DNA of 26,994 nucleotides. Origin: Nostoc sp. GTDB taxonomy: Bacteria > Cyanobacteriota > Cyanobacteriia > Cyanobacteriales > Nostocaceae. Each line of letters opens with the position of its first letter. Positions within the stretch are counted from its first letter, which is position 1. Below the pieces are notes generated by a model. That model made no database searches. It was not told the DNA's origin and saw only the letters and a list, made by a program, of their open reading frames with translations. Made by a program: the position numbers and the translations under genes. Positions 16,184-25,294 of this stretch are shown piece by piece. The stretch spans positions 1 through 26,994 of the forward strand of contig JBALDB010000026.1 of NCBI GenBank assembly GCA_036918135.1, written 5' to 3'.

Positions 16184-16815
16184 GCTGACCTCCATGATTT
16201 TGCTAAATAATCGCGGATATCCGAAAAATTATTCCAGGGAATATATGGTTTTTGGTATTCATTAAAATACTCTGCTAGGCGATCGCGTGCAAATATTACA
16301 GATGCCTGAAGTCCCATGTTTAGGTCGGTAATTGAATCGCCAATGGCAATTTTCTCATCAGCGGGATACTCTGCCATTACTTGTACCTTCGCCACCAGTT
16401 CTGTTTCTCCCTGAAAATCAGAATGGACTTTTAAGAGAGTATCACTGGTATCCACATCAACGGCGTGAATAGCATAAACTCGCTGTTGTGTCGCACCCAA
16501 AACAATCTCTACCATCTCTCGCAGTCCTCCAGAAACTACCACTAAGGGTACTTCCTGAGAGTCGAGAAAATCCAGCAGTTCTATAAATCCTGGGCGCATT
16601 GGCTCTTTTCGAGTAAATTCTAAAATTTCGCTATAGCTGGAAGATGGGATTGATTGCAGGATTTCTCGGACACCTTCTCGGAGTGTGAGGCGTTGCGCGT
16701 ACATTTCTGGTATTAATTTTGCCGACAGTTCTGGGGCAAACTTTTTCAGGACTGCAACAAAGGTTTCCTGAACTGTAATGGTTCCGTCAAAGTCGCAAAA
16801 AACAATCCGCTTCAC
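16180..16815 (-). CDS. mtnX: HAD-IB phosphatase, 2-hydroxy-3-keto-5-methylthiopentenyl-1-phosphate phosphatase-like
   Basis: FCDFDGTIT, VVSGG, IGDSITD and FARD; GTG start with GGAGG; lies between mtnD and mtnB. Confidence 0.88.
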   Translation of the reverse strand: MKRIVFCDFDGTITVQETFVAVLKKFAPELSAKLIPEMYAQRLTLREGVREILQSIPSSSYSEILEFTRKEPMRPGFIELLDFLDSQEVPLVVVSGGLREMVEIVLGATQQRVYAIHAVDVDTSDTLLKVHSDFQGETELVAKVQVMAEYPADEKIAIGDSITDLNMGLQASVIFARDRLAEYFNEYQKPYIPWNNFSDIRDYLAKSWRSA

Positions 16816-16852
16816 TTTGTAGTCCTCCCAGTTCTTCGTTTTTGGGCAATTC

Positions 16853-17404
16853 TCAAGCTACTGCCCGATGAAGGCGAATTTGCTTATTGGTATACTGAGG
16901 AACCCAACCTTCAGTGCTGATAAAATAGCGCACCGCTTTAATTCGCCGTGCTGAGGTAAGATGAAACCAATGTTCTGTTCCGGCTGGTACGTTGATATAT
17001 TCTTCTTTTTGGATTGTCAATTCTACCTGACTACTATCGGGACGCACAAACCCAAAAATTGCTTCTCCATCGATGACGTAACGTACCTCATCATCTGCAT
17101 GTGTGTGGATTCGGTCAAACTTTGCCATTAGTTCCTCAAGGTTGTCCATTCCTGGATGGAGAACAATCAGATCCCGTGACTGATAGCCTGCTATTTGTTG
17201 CAGTTGGTGAAAATAGCCATCCAGTGTTTTTAGTACCTGTTCTTTTTCATCGTCGTTGAGGCTATCTTGTGCGAGCAAACGATGTAAATCTGGATTATTT
17301 TCTATAGTCCAGCGGTTGAGTTGGATATTTAAGGGTGTGAGTTCTTGACCAATATCATTGATATCCGTGAGGATTGTATCATCTTCTAATTTGAGAATCG
17401 CCAT
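16853..17404 (-). CDS. mtnD: Acireductone dioxygenase
   Basis: HTHADDEVRY cupin metal motif, VPAGTEHWF, and AVRYF..EGWVP. Confidence 0.93.
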   Translation of the reverse strand: MAILKLEDDTILTDINDIGQELTPLNIQLNRWTIENNPDLHRLLAQDSLNDDEKEQVLKTLDGYFHQLQQIAGYQSRDLIVLHPGMDNLEELMAKFDRIHTHADDEVRYVIDGEAIFGFVRPDSSQVELTIQKEEYINVPAGTEHWFHLTSARRIKAVRYFISTEGWVPQYTNKQIRLHRAVA

Positions 17405-17492
17405 AGCTCACCTGATATTTTTTTATTTCACCCACAGATAACTCTCAGGTAAGGTTTCCTAAAATCGAACTTCTATAAGAATCTATCTGTGG
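17405..17492 (-). ncRNA. Candidate cis-regulatory RNA (pseudoknot or alternative pairing) in the mtnD leader
   Basis: 10-bp stem 17483-17492/17432-17441. Loop segment CUUACCUGA is complementary to UCAGGUGAG, which contains the SD. It matches no family I recognise. Confidence 0.4.
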
Positions 17493-17836
17493 TTTGATTG
17501 CTAAGATATTGATTTTTGTATTAAAAGTAACGCAGATTTGCAAGATTTTTTGAAAAATAACGGATTAGTAGATCTATTTACAAACAGGTTATCACAAGTG
17601 TACTCAGAAGCGATCGCTAGTTAAGAGATTAGACGTTGGCTACTGGGTAGTGAGATATTCCTAAGTATTCTTAAATATTTATTTTCAAGTCCCTAATCCC
17701 TATTCTCCACTCCCTACTCCCTACCCTCAGCCAGCAAAGTTGACTTGATAGACTACTAGTTTTCTCAACCAAAGCGAGTTTAAAGTACCTGTAATATGGG
17801 AGACTTGGCAATATTCCCTATCAATTCCGATTCCAG

Positions 17837-18334
17837 ATGAGTAAGACAATTTCTGATATCCTGGTCAAAACCATCAACGACCAGGATAAGCAATTAAATG
17901 ACTACGCAGGAAAAGTACTTTCAATCATGAATTTGGCTTCCTACTGCGGTTATATATCCCAAAACGACGAGATCAACCAAAAGTACAAAGAAGCTGGATT
18001 ACGTGTTTTAGGGTTCTCCTATAACGATTTTGGAGCGCAGGAACCCAGAAGCAATCAAGAGATTGTCAAAATCTCTACAAGTCAATATAATAATGTTACC
18101 TTTGAACTATTCGGTAAAGTTGATGCCACAGGATCGCAGCAACACCCAGTTGATGACAGACTTACCGAAGCCGTTGAGCCGACGGTGACTGTTCCTTGGA
18201 AGTTTGAAAAATTTTTAGTTAATCAGCAAAGCCAAGTGGTAGCTCGATTTAATAGTAGTGTCCATCCTTCTTCACTAGAACTAATTACCACAATTGAGGG
18301 CGAGCAAATTAGCAAATTAGTTAATAGTCATTAG
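17837..18334 (+). CDS. Glutathione peroxidase-family protein, degenerate (possible incipient pseudogene)
   Basis: NLASYCG, NDFGAQEP and FEKFLV are recognisable, but FPCN is FSYN and WNF is WKF. Confidence 0.75.
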   Translation: MSKTISDILVKTINDQDKQLNDYAGKVLSIMNLASYCGYISQNDEINQKYKEAGLRVLGFSYNDFGAQEPRSNQEIVKISTSQYNNVTFELFGKVDATGSQQHPVDDRLTEAVEPTVTVPWKFEKFLVNQQSQVVARFNSSVHPSSLELITTIEGEQISKLVNSH

Positions 18335-18467
18335 TCAATAGTTATTAGGTAAAATCTTTTCTACTATTAACTGTTGGCTGTGGACTGTTAAATTTATTTA
18401 CGTGCAGTCTCTGAAATTGAGAATCTTCTCTCAATGAGTAGTTTAATTTATTTGCGTCTACTTTGCC

Positions 18468-19292
18468 ATGAACGTTGCAATCATTGGTTGTGGTTATGTT
18501 GGTTATAAAGTTGCTCAATATTGGCAGCAAAATATGAATTTTGTTGTCACTGCAACCACAACTTCTCCTGAGCGTGTTTCTGTACTACAATCAGTAGCCC
18601 AAAGAGTTGTAGTTACTACAGGTAATGACCTAGATGGTCTAAAATCAGTTTTACAAAATCAAGATGTTGTACTTTTGAGTGTTGGTGCCAAAGGTGCAGA
18701 GGTTTATGAAGAAACTTATCTGCAAACTGCCAATACTTTAGTTTCACTCTTACGGCATATTCCCAATGTGAAACAATTAATATATACAGGAAGTTATGCA
18801 GTGTATGGTGACAGAAATGGTGTTTGGGTAGACGAAGAAACACCACTTGCACCTGCTAATTTAAATGCTCAAATTCTCCGAAAAACTGAGGATGTGTTGT
18901 TATCAGCTTGTAGCGAAAATCTTCGTGTTTGCATCTTCCGCTTGGGAGGGATTTATGGGACTGGTAGGGAATTGGTGAAAGTATTTGGTAGATATTCTGG
19001 TACAACTCGTCCCGGTAATGGTGAAGATATCACGAATTGGATTCACCTGGATGATATTGTTGGTGCGATCGAATTTGCGCGTCACCGTCGCTTGCAAGGG
19101 ATTTACAATTTAGTGGATGACGCACATCTCACCAGTAGAAATTTGCTGAATAGCTTATTTGCAAAACATAATTTACCTAAAGTTATATGGGATACTTCTG
19201 TCACAAGTACTCGCCCATATAATGCCTGGGTATCTAATGAAAAGCTCAAAGAAGCTGGATATGAGTTGATTCATCCCCAGATGATTTTTTAG
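18468..19292 (+). CDS. NAD(P)-binding atypical SDR/epimerase (YeeZ-like)
   Basis: IIGCGYVG Rossmann motif, VYGD..G.WVDE, RLGGIYG and NWIHLDD. Confidence 0.88.
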   Translation: MNVAIIGCGYVGYKVAQYWQQNMNFVVTATTTSPERVSVLQSVAQRVVVTTGNDLDGLKSVLQNQDVVLLSVGAKGAEVYEETYLQTANTLVSLLRHIPNVKQLIYTGSYAVYGDRNGVWVDEETPLAPANLNAQILRKTEDVLLSACSENLRVCIFRLGGIYGTGRELVKVFGRYSGTTRPGNGEDITNWIHLDDIVGAIEFARHRRLQGIYNLVDDAHLTSRNLLNSLFAKHNLPKVIWDTSVTSTRPYNAWVSNEKLKEAGYELIHPQMIF

Positions 19293-19313
19293 CAAGTATT
19301 GAAACTAGGAATT

Positions 19314-20243
19314 ATGCAACCATCAGCTGTAGCTAACACAACCGATTTGACAGCATCTCCTAGCCAGTTTTACACTTGGCAAAATTATCGTTGCGCTTAC
19401 GAAGTCCATCAACCAAGTAATACAATACCTGAGGGTATTCCTTTATTGTTAATTCATCCGATTGGTGTAGGATTATCGCGGCAATTCTGGCAAAGATTTT
19501 ACCATGAATGGTACAATTATGGTCAGCGTAATTTGATTTACAACCCTGATTTATTAGGATGCGGTGAAAGTGATATGCCACACGTGGCTTACACTCCTAG
19601 TGACTGGGCAGAACAGTTGCAATACTTTTTACAAACAGTAGTGCAAAAACCTGTGATTTTAGTTGTACAAGGCGCGTTATTCCCAGTTGCGATTGAATTA
19701 GTCCAAAAGGCATCAAATTTAATTGCTGGACTTGTACTTTCTGGGCCGCCGGCGTGGGCTGTAATTACCAAGAAATCACCACAATGGCAGCGAAAAATCT
19801 TTTGGAATCTGTTAGATTCGCCTTTGGGAAGTGGTTTTTATCGTTATGCACGCAGGCCAAAGTTTTTACGCTCTTTCTCGACTCGTGAACTCTTTGCTGA
19901 TGATAATGCTGTCGATACAGAGTGGTTAAAGACATTGGTAGCAGGTGCAGAAAATCTTGCTAGTCGCCATGCAGTGTTTTCTTTTTTAGCAGGGTTTTGG
20001 CGACAGGATTATAGTAATTTTATTACTTCTATCCAGCAGCCAACATTAGTAGTTGTGGGGGAAACAGCATCAAGTATAAGCCAAGAAGGTAAAAAAGAAA
20101 CGCCAGATGAACGCTTAGCTGACTATCTGGCTTGTTTACCTCAAGGTCGAGGTACAAAAATAAATGGGCGCAATGTTTTACCATACGAATCAACCGCTGA
20201 ATTTATAGCAGCGATCGCCCCATTTATCAATCAACTTTCTTAG
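19314..20243 (+). CDS. Alpha/beta-hydrolase-fold protein lacking canonical catalytic residues
   Basis: PLLLIHPIGVG, PDLLGCGESD and PTLVVVG; no GxSxG. Start at ATG 19314. Confidence 0.82.
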   Translation: MQPSAVANTTDLTASPSQFYTWQNYRCAYEVHQPSNTIPEGIPLLLIHPIGVGLSRQFWQRFYHEWYNYGQRNLIYNPDLLGCGESDMPHVAYTPSDWAEQLQYFLQTVVQKPVILVVQGALFPVAIELVQKASNLIAGLVLSGPPAWAVITKKSPQWQRKIFWNLLDSPLGSGFYRYARRPKFLRSFSTRELFADDNAVDTEWLKTLVAGAENLASRHAVFSFLAGFWRQDYSNFITSIQQPTLVVVGETASSISQEGKKETPDERLADYLACLPQGRGTKINGRNVLPYESTAEFIAAIAPFINQLS

Positions 20244-20263
20244 CTAATTGACGGTTAGATGAA

Positions 20264-20294
20264 ACCAGTAATTCGATTGTACGATATTACTGGT
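20264..20294. promoter_or_regulatory. Inverted repeat upstream of the Prx5-Grx gene
   Basis: ACCAGTAAT-N13-ATTACTGGT, perfect 9-bp arms, ending 25 bp before the ATG. Confidence 0.5.
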
Positions 20295-20319
20295 ATTGAT
20301 TACTTCAGGAAGCAAAATT

Positions 20320-21054
20320 ATGTTGCCTAATTACGAAGGAAAAAGAGTTCCAACTGTTACTTTTCACACTCGTAAAAACAATGACTGGGTAGATGTAACA
20401 ACCGATGACTTATTTGCTAATAAGACAGTAGTTGTTTTTTCCTTACCGGGTGCTTATACTCCCACTTGTTCATCAACTCATCTCCCTGGTTACAACGAGT
20501 TGGCTAAGGTTTTTCGAGAAAATGGAGTCGATGAGATTATTTGTCTTTCTGTGAATGATGCTTTTGTAATGAACGAATGGTCAAAGCAGCAAGAAGTAGC
20601 TAATATTACATTAATTCCCGATGGTAATGGTGAATTTACTGAAGGCATGGGAATGCTGGTAGATAAATCAGACTTGGGATTTGGTAAGCGATCGTGGCGT
20701 TATTCTATGCTAGTGAAAGATGGTGTAATTGACCACATGTTTATTGAACCAGATGAGCCAGGAGACCCCTTTAAGGTGTCTGATGCTGAAACAATGCTCA
20801 GATATATAAACCCGCAAGCAGTCAAACCCGAAGTAGTTTCTCTGTTTGCGAAAGTTGGTTGTCCCTTTTGCGCTCGTGCCAAGGCGATGCTCAAGGAACA
20901 TGGTATGGATTACGAAGAAATTACTTTAGGTAAGGATATTACCACACGCTCTTTACGAGCAGTTACAGGGGCGACAACAGTTCCCCAAGTATTTATCGAT
21001 GGCAAATTAATTGGTGGTTCTGAAGCACTAGAAGCTTACTTCGCCGCTAAGTAG
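20320..21054 (+). CDS. Type II peroxiredoxin (Prx5)-glutaredoxin hybrid
   Basis: [23 protein letters not shown] and GFGKRSWRY, followed by Grx motifs CPFC and TVPQVFIDG. Confidence 0.95.
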   Translation: MLPNYEGKRVPTVTFHTRKNNDWVDVTTDDLFANKTVVVFSLPGAYTPTCSSTHLPGYNELAKVFRENGVDEIICLSVNDAFVMNEWSKQQEVANITLIPDGNGEFTEGMGMLVDKSDLGFGKRSWRYSMLVKDGVIDHMFIEPDEPGDPFKVSDAETMLRYINPQAVKPEVVSLFAKVGCPFCARAKAMLKEHGMDYEEITLGKDITTRSLRAVTGATTVPQVFIDGKLIGGSEALEAYFAAK

Positions 21055-21064
21055 ATTTCAATTG

Positions 21065-21090
21065 GGTAGCACCAATGTGCTACCTTATTT
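21065..21090 (+). terminator. Probable intrinsic terminator
   Basis: GGTAGCAC-CAAT-GTGCTACC followed by TTATTT, 10 bp after the prx stop. Confidence 0.7.
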
Positions 21091-21155
21091 AAGTATATTT
21101 ACATAAATATGATAAAATTTATTTTGATTAAATTACTATTGATTAAAAACACAAT

Positions 21156-22403
21156 ATGTTTGCCAGCATCCGCCGTCTTTTAAATCAATTTTTTAGGAAA
21201 TCAAGAACTATTAACAATGAACCACTGAATAAAGTGAGTTTGATTGTAATTATTTTAGTTGATATATTTATTTTAATTAATGTTTTTACAGGACTGGATA
21301 ATATTAGTAGATGGCATATCAGTCCAACTGAGGCTTATCCATGTTATTCAGAGTGGCAAAATTATCGGGTAAAAAATACTAAAGATAAAGATTACGAAAT
21401 TGTTAAGCTTTCATTTCCATATAGCCCAAACAATCAATTCAGCTTTCAGCAAAGCTATCAACAAGGTGAAATAGAACATCTCGGAAAAGTAAATCAAACA
21501 TGCTTAAAGTATGGCGAGTATAAAGATAAAATTAACAATCAGCAAAATCAGCAAATTATCAAAACCATTGAGCAGAAACAAGAAAAAATAAGTAATCTCG
21601 AACAAACTAATCGCAATATTCGTACTCAATATGATTCGACTCTCTTAGAAAAAATTGCAGGTCAGTCTCGCGAACAATCAATTAATCAAGTCGGTGCAGA
21701 AAAAGCTAAACAACAGTTAGACCAAAATGACCACCAAATTTCTAGTCTCCGACAAGAAAATTCTAATCTTCAAAAGGAACTAGTTGCAAAATCAGAAAGC
21801 ACTAGTTTTCTATCTTTTATTCAGGATGAGAATCAATTTATAGAAGTTGAAAAAGGCTATCAAAAAGCCTCATTCTGGTATCCAAGTATTCAACTTGGTT
21901 TTCAATCTCTCTTTCTTCTACCGCTGATTATCATTGCCTTATCAGTTCATCGATTTGCCCAAGTTAGAGGATATGGACTGATTTCGCTAATTAGCTGGCA
22001 TTTGCTAGTTATATTTTTTATCCCGCTAATCATTAAAATCTTTGAATTTTTACAAATTGGAGCAATATTTAAATTTATTATTGATATAATCGCTCCTATT
22101 TTTGGCGGGTTGCTTTTCTTAATCAATTATATTTATATTTTGCTGATTCCACCGATCGGCTTTGGAATTATCAAGTTTTTTCAAAAATTTGTCTTTAATG
22201 CTAAAGTTCAGGCAGCTAACAGAGTACAAAAATCACTCTGTCTCAATTGTGCAAAGAAAATTCGGCATCGCGATCGCCACTGCCCTCACTGCGGTTATTA
22301 TCAATATTTAGAATGCGAAAACTGTCATCTTCTGACTTATAAACATTTGCCATACTGTAAACATTGTGGATATTTCCAAAATTCCAGTAAAACTATTAAC
22401 TAG
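21156..22403 (+). CDS. Uncharacterised membrane protein with a coiled-coil loop and C-terminal double zinc ribbon
   Basis: N-terminal TM helix, Q/E/K-rich coiled region, 3-4 further TM helices, then CLNC, CPHC, CENC and CKHC. Confidence 0.8.
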   Translation: MFASIRRLLNQFFRKSRTINNEPLNKVSLIVIILVDIFILINVFTGLDNISRWHISPTEAYPCYSEWQNYRVKNTKDKDYEIVKLSFPYSPNNQFSFQQSYQQGEIEHLGKVNQTCLKYGEYKDKINNQQNQQIIKTIEQKQEKISNLEQTNRNIRTQYDSTLLEKIAGQSREQSINQVGAEKAKQQLDQNDHQISSLRQENSNLQKELVAKSESTSFLSFIQDENQFIEVEKGYQKASFWYPSIQLGFQSLFLLPLIIIALSVHRFAQVRGYGLISLISWHLLVIFFIPLIIKIFEFLQIGAIFKFIIDIIAPIFGGLLFLINYIYILLIPPIGFGIIKFFQKFVFNAKVQAANRVQKSLCLNCAKKIRHRDRHCPHCGYYQYLECENCHLLTYKHLPYCKHCGYFQNSSKTIN

Positions 22404-22462
22404 CGATAAATAATATTTAATGCTTGATTGAAATAAAGTATTCAGGAGTCAGAATTTAAAAT

Positions 22463-23224
22463 ATGCAAAGTGTCAAAAAGCCCAATCAAGAAAGCCGCTC
22501 GCCCCTTGATTTTCTGAAAAATTTATTGCTTGCCCGTTGGCGATCGCTCTTACTCCTATTAATTGGAGTATACTTACCTTTGCAGATATTTGAAATTTTG
22601 GCAGTGAAGCTATGGAAAAATGAAGCTGGCTTTCCGTGGGATGTGCCGATTCTGTTAGCAGTTCACTCCACAGCAAACACTCAGCTCGATATTTTAGCAG
22701 TGATACTGGCTATCATTGGGTCGCCTTGGACGGCGATACCAATTGTAGTTGCGATCGCACTAATATTACTACTTCAAAAACGCTGGCGATCGCTAGCTTA
22801 TGTACTCACTATTTCATTAGGAAGCTTGATTATCAACCTCATAGCAAAGGAATTCATGCATCGAGTCCGTCCGCAATTGTGGGAGTCCATTGCACCTGAG
22901 TCTAGTTTTGCATTTCCCAGCAATCATGCGATGACGAGTGTAACATTAGTAGCAATTTTGCTCATTTTCAATTGGGCTAGCCCTTGGCGTCGGCTGGTTT
23001 TTATCTTCGGCAGTTTATACGTAATAGCAATTGCTTGGTGTCGTCTTTATTTGGGGGTTCATTTTCCGAGTGATATTCTCGCTGGTTGGATGGTTGCATT
23101 AGCTTGGGCAATTGGTGTCAGTCTAATTATCAAACCCTATTTAACTATAGCTAAATCTGTAGATGAACAACCTGCTAAGGATGAAACGACATTACTACCT
23201 GAAGAAAAAAAATTGATTAGCTAA
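22463..23224 (+). CDS. PAP2-family membrane phosphatase
   Basis: KEFMHRVRP, FPSNH and RLYLGVHFPSD (C1-C3 motifs). Confidence 0.9.
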   Translation: MQSVKKPNQESRSPLDFLKNLLLARWRSLLLLLIGVYLPLQIFEILAVKLWKNEAGFPWDVPILLAVHSTANTQLDILAVILAIIGSPWTAIPIVVAIALILLLQKRWRSLAYVLTISLGSLIINLIAKEFMHRVRPQLWESIAPESSFAFPSNHAMTSVTLVAILLIFNWASPWRRLVFIFGSLYVIAIAWCRLYLGVHFPSDILAGWMVALAWAIGVSLIIKPYLTIAKSVDEQPAKDETTLLPEEKKLIS

Positions 23225-23359
23225 TGTGCGTCTAAGTTGAATCCCTACACTCCCCCACTGCCCCATACAGACTGCTGCATAAATTAATAACCCCAAACCT
23301 ATTGATTGAGTGAAGGGATTTAATCCTAAAAAACCTACTCAGATCAAAGGAAAACTGTG

Positions 23360-24004
23360 ATGAAAACGCAAATATTCTTCAGCCTTGCCTGTTCTATATC
23401 TGTGTTGGGTTCCATCATCCTCCCAGCTAGCGCCCAACCAGTAATCATTCAGCCAGCTCAATCGGCTCAAGCAATCACTCAAGAGATTAACATTCCTCAA
23501 GACACAGCGATTATTGTCTCGTTTCCAGCGTCTATTACCGTAGATGTCGGGCAAAAAAAGGATTATCCTCTTACCGTTCCTCTAGCAAGCCCTATTCAAG
23601 ATAGTCAAGGTAACGTTATAGCGGCAGAAAATACTCCTGTAACTATTATCCTCAAACCCACTGATGGCGGCGCTAAAATTATCGCACAATCATTAGTAGT
23701 CAAGGGTCGAATTGTCTCAATTAAAGCATCAAGTCAAATGATTCCCGGTACTACCATTACCCATATGCGAGCTAATGACAAAGCTGTTGAGAATGGCTCT
23801 ATTTGGGGCAGAATTGGTGGAAGCACCTTAGGCTTTTTCAGCCAAGGCGATCCCGACCAGTTTGACCGGGGAGCAATGCTAGGAAGCGCTGTAGGATTGA
23901 TTTCTGGCTTGCGTTCTGCTGAAAATACCCGGATTGTCCAGATTCCTCAGAGTAGTGTTTATGTTTTATCCCTAGAGGCTCCGATTCAATTGTCTGCTCG
24001 TTAG
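23360..24004 (+). CDS. Hypothetical exported protein with a glycine-zipper-like segment
   Basis: Signal peptide ending PASA; beta-rich body; GxxxG runs near the C-terminus. Confidence 0.7.
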   Translation: MKTQIFFSLACSISVLGSIILPASAQPVIIQPAQSAQAITQEINIPQDTAIIVSFPASITVDVGQKKDYPLTVPLASPIQDSQGNVIAAENTPVTIILKPTDGGAKIIAQSLVVKGRIVSIKASSQMIPGTTITHMRANDKAVENGSIWGRIGGSTLGFFSQGDPDQFDRGAMLGSAVGLISGLRSAENTRIVQIPQSSVYVLSLEAPIQLSAR

Positions 24005-24033
24005 TCCATTTCTCGTCCAACAAAAACTAACTT

Positions 24034-25017
24034 TTAATTTATTACTCCCGAAAGTGGGTGCAGTATTGTCAAATGAAAGCTATGTCTGGTTTCAGTTTTT
24101 AAATATCTTTCTTGTAAGGGTTGCCACTGCTGCCAAGCCTGGTAACGGTTTTCAGTTAACAAAGTAGTAAGGGTAGGTAGCTGAGTTTGAATTTCTGACT
24201 TGAAGATATCTTCTAGCCAGTCAGCTAAAACCACACTATCTTGCATCGTACCTAAAATTTCTTGGATATTTTTTACTTCTGTAATGTAAGCCGCGTAAGA
24301 CTCGCCATATAACTCAGTAAATAACTCCATCTGGTAGCGTATACGTTTAGCTTCTTTTCGCAAACTGTGCAGAATTTCGCCTTGGGTTAACAATTGTTGT
24401 TCTATCTTTTCTCGTTCCCAGTTTTTCTGGACTTTTACTTCTGATTCCACAAATTGCGTGCCAATTAGCCAGCCTGGATGCAGTAAGAAATTACTCACTT
24501 CCGGTAAAAGTAAATCAGGTAGCACTTGCCCAATTGTCACAGATGCCAAAGGTTGATAACTGGGTTTCTCTAACCAATTTTCCAATGCCTCTTTTAGAGA
24601 CTTGTAAGGTTCATCCTTTAGCGTCTTTTGTACACTTGAGAGTACATCTTCACGTTGTTTAGCCAAAGCTGCAAAAGCTGTTTGTAGAGATTCCTGTTCT
24701 TTGCGGGGTAAATTTGGTTTATAGTTGTTTTTTAAACTTTCTTTAAGTACATCTAAATCTCTCAGACTACCAAGACGACGAGCTATTTTACCAATATTTT
24801 TATCGCTGACTGGCTTGGACAGATCTACTGCTAGCCCAAACCTAGTTACAGCCGTCCGTAAGCGACGCATTCCTACTCGCATTTGATGCAGTGCTTCTGG
24901 ATCTTCATCTTTCTTTACCGATTTTTCCCACTTCAAAGTTTTCTTAAAGTGTTTTTGAATCGCTTGGTAAGCATAGTCTCCTAGAGTTTTTACTGTGGGA
25001 TGTGTGGCTAATTTCAT
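24034..25017 (-). CDS. CHAD-domain (polyphosphate-binding) protein
   Basis: DPEALHQMRVGMRRLR, LGSLRDLDV, LHSLRKEAKRIRY and QEILGTMQD. Confidence 0.92.
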   Translation of the reverse strand: MKLATHPTVKTLGDYAYQAIQKHFKKTLKWEKSVKKDEDPEALHQMRVGMRRLRTAVTRFGLAVDLSKPVSDKNIGKIARRLGSLRDLDVLKESLKNNYKPNLPRKEQESLQTAFAALAKQREDVLSSVQKTLKDEPYKSLKEALENWLEKPSYQPLASVTIGQVLPDLLLPEVSNFLLHPGWLIGTQFVESEVKVQKNWEREKIEQQLLTQGEILHSLRKEAKRIRYQMELFTELYGESYAAYITEVKNIQEILGTMQDSVVLADWLEDIFKSEIQTQLPTLTTLLTENRYQAWQQWQPLQERYLKTETRHSFHLTILHPLSGVIN

Positions 25018-25294
25018 AATGGATTATTAATTAGATGCAAAATCTAGTTATTGCATAATAACATTAGTCAAAAAACTACATCTATTTTTGATATTATTAA
25101 ATTACATTTGTAAATTATTATACTCTTGAAATAGTTATATTTTTGGGAAAAAGTCCTATACTTATCAGAGGTGTAAGCAGCAGATTCCTGTTAAAATTCG
25201 ATATAAATAATAGTTTTTATATATTTTTCAAAAAATCAAATTATACATTGTAATAATATGATTAGTATTTTTGTAACCAGATACACGAGCCAAA

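Noticed and set aside
17441..17450. ACTCTCAGG (glycine-riboswitch-like) on the plus strand and CUGAGA (TPP-riboswitch-like) on the minus strand
   Set aside because: The other conserved elements of both riboswitch classes are absent, and the glycine-like motif is antisense to mtnD.
17688..17730. Heptamer-like runs (TCCCTAC/TCCCTAA; also near 10485-10530 and 15495-15522)
   Set aside because: These are ordinary STRR-type repeats of heterocystous cyanobacteria with no sign of a special role here.
22463..23224. PAP2 motif deviations (PSNH for PSGH, CR for SR)
   Set aside because: The catalytic Lys, Arg and His residues are retained, so this is within plausible family variation.
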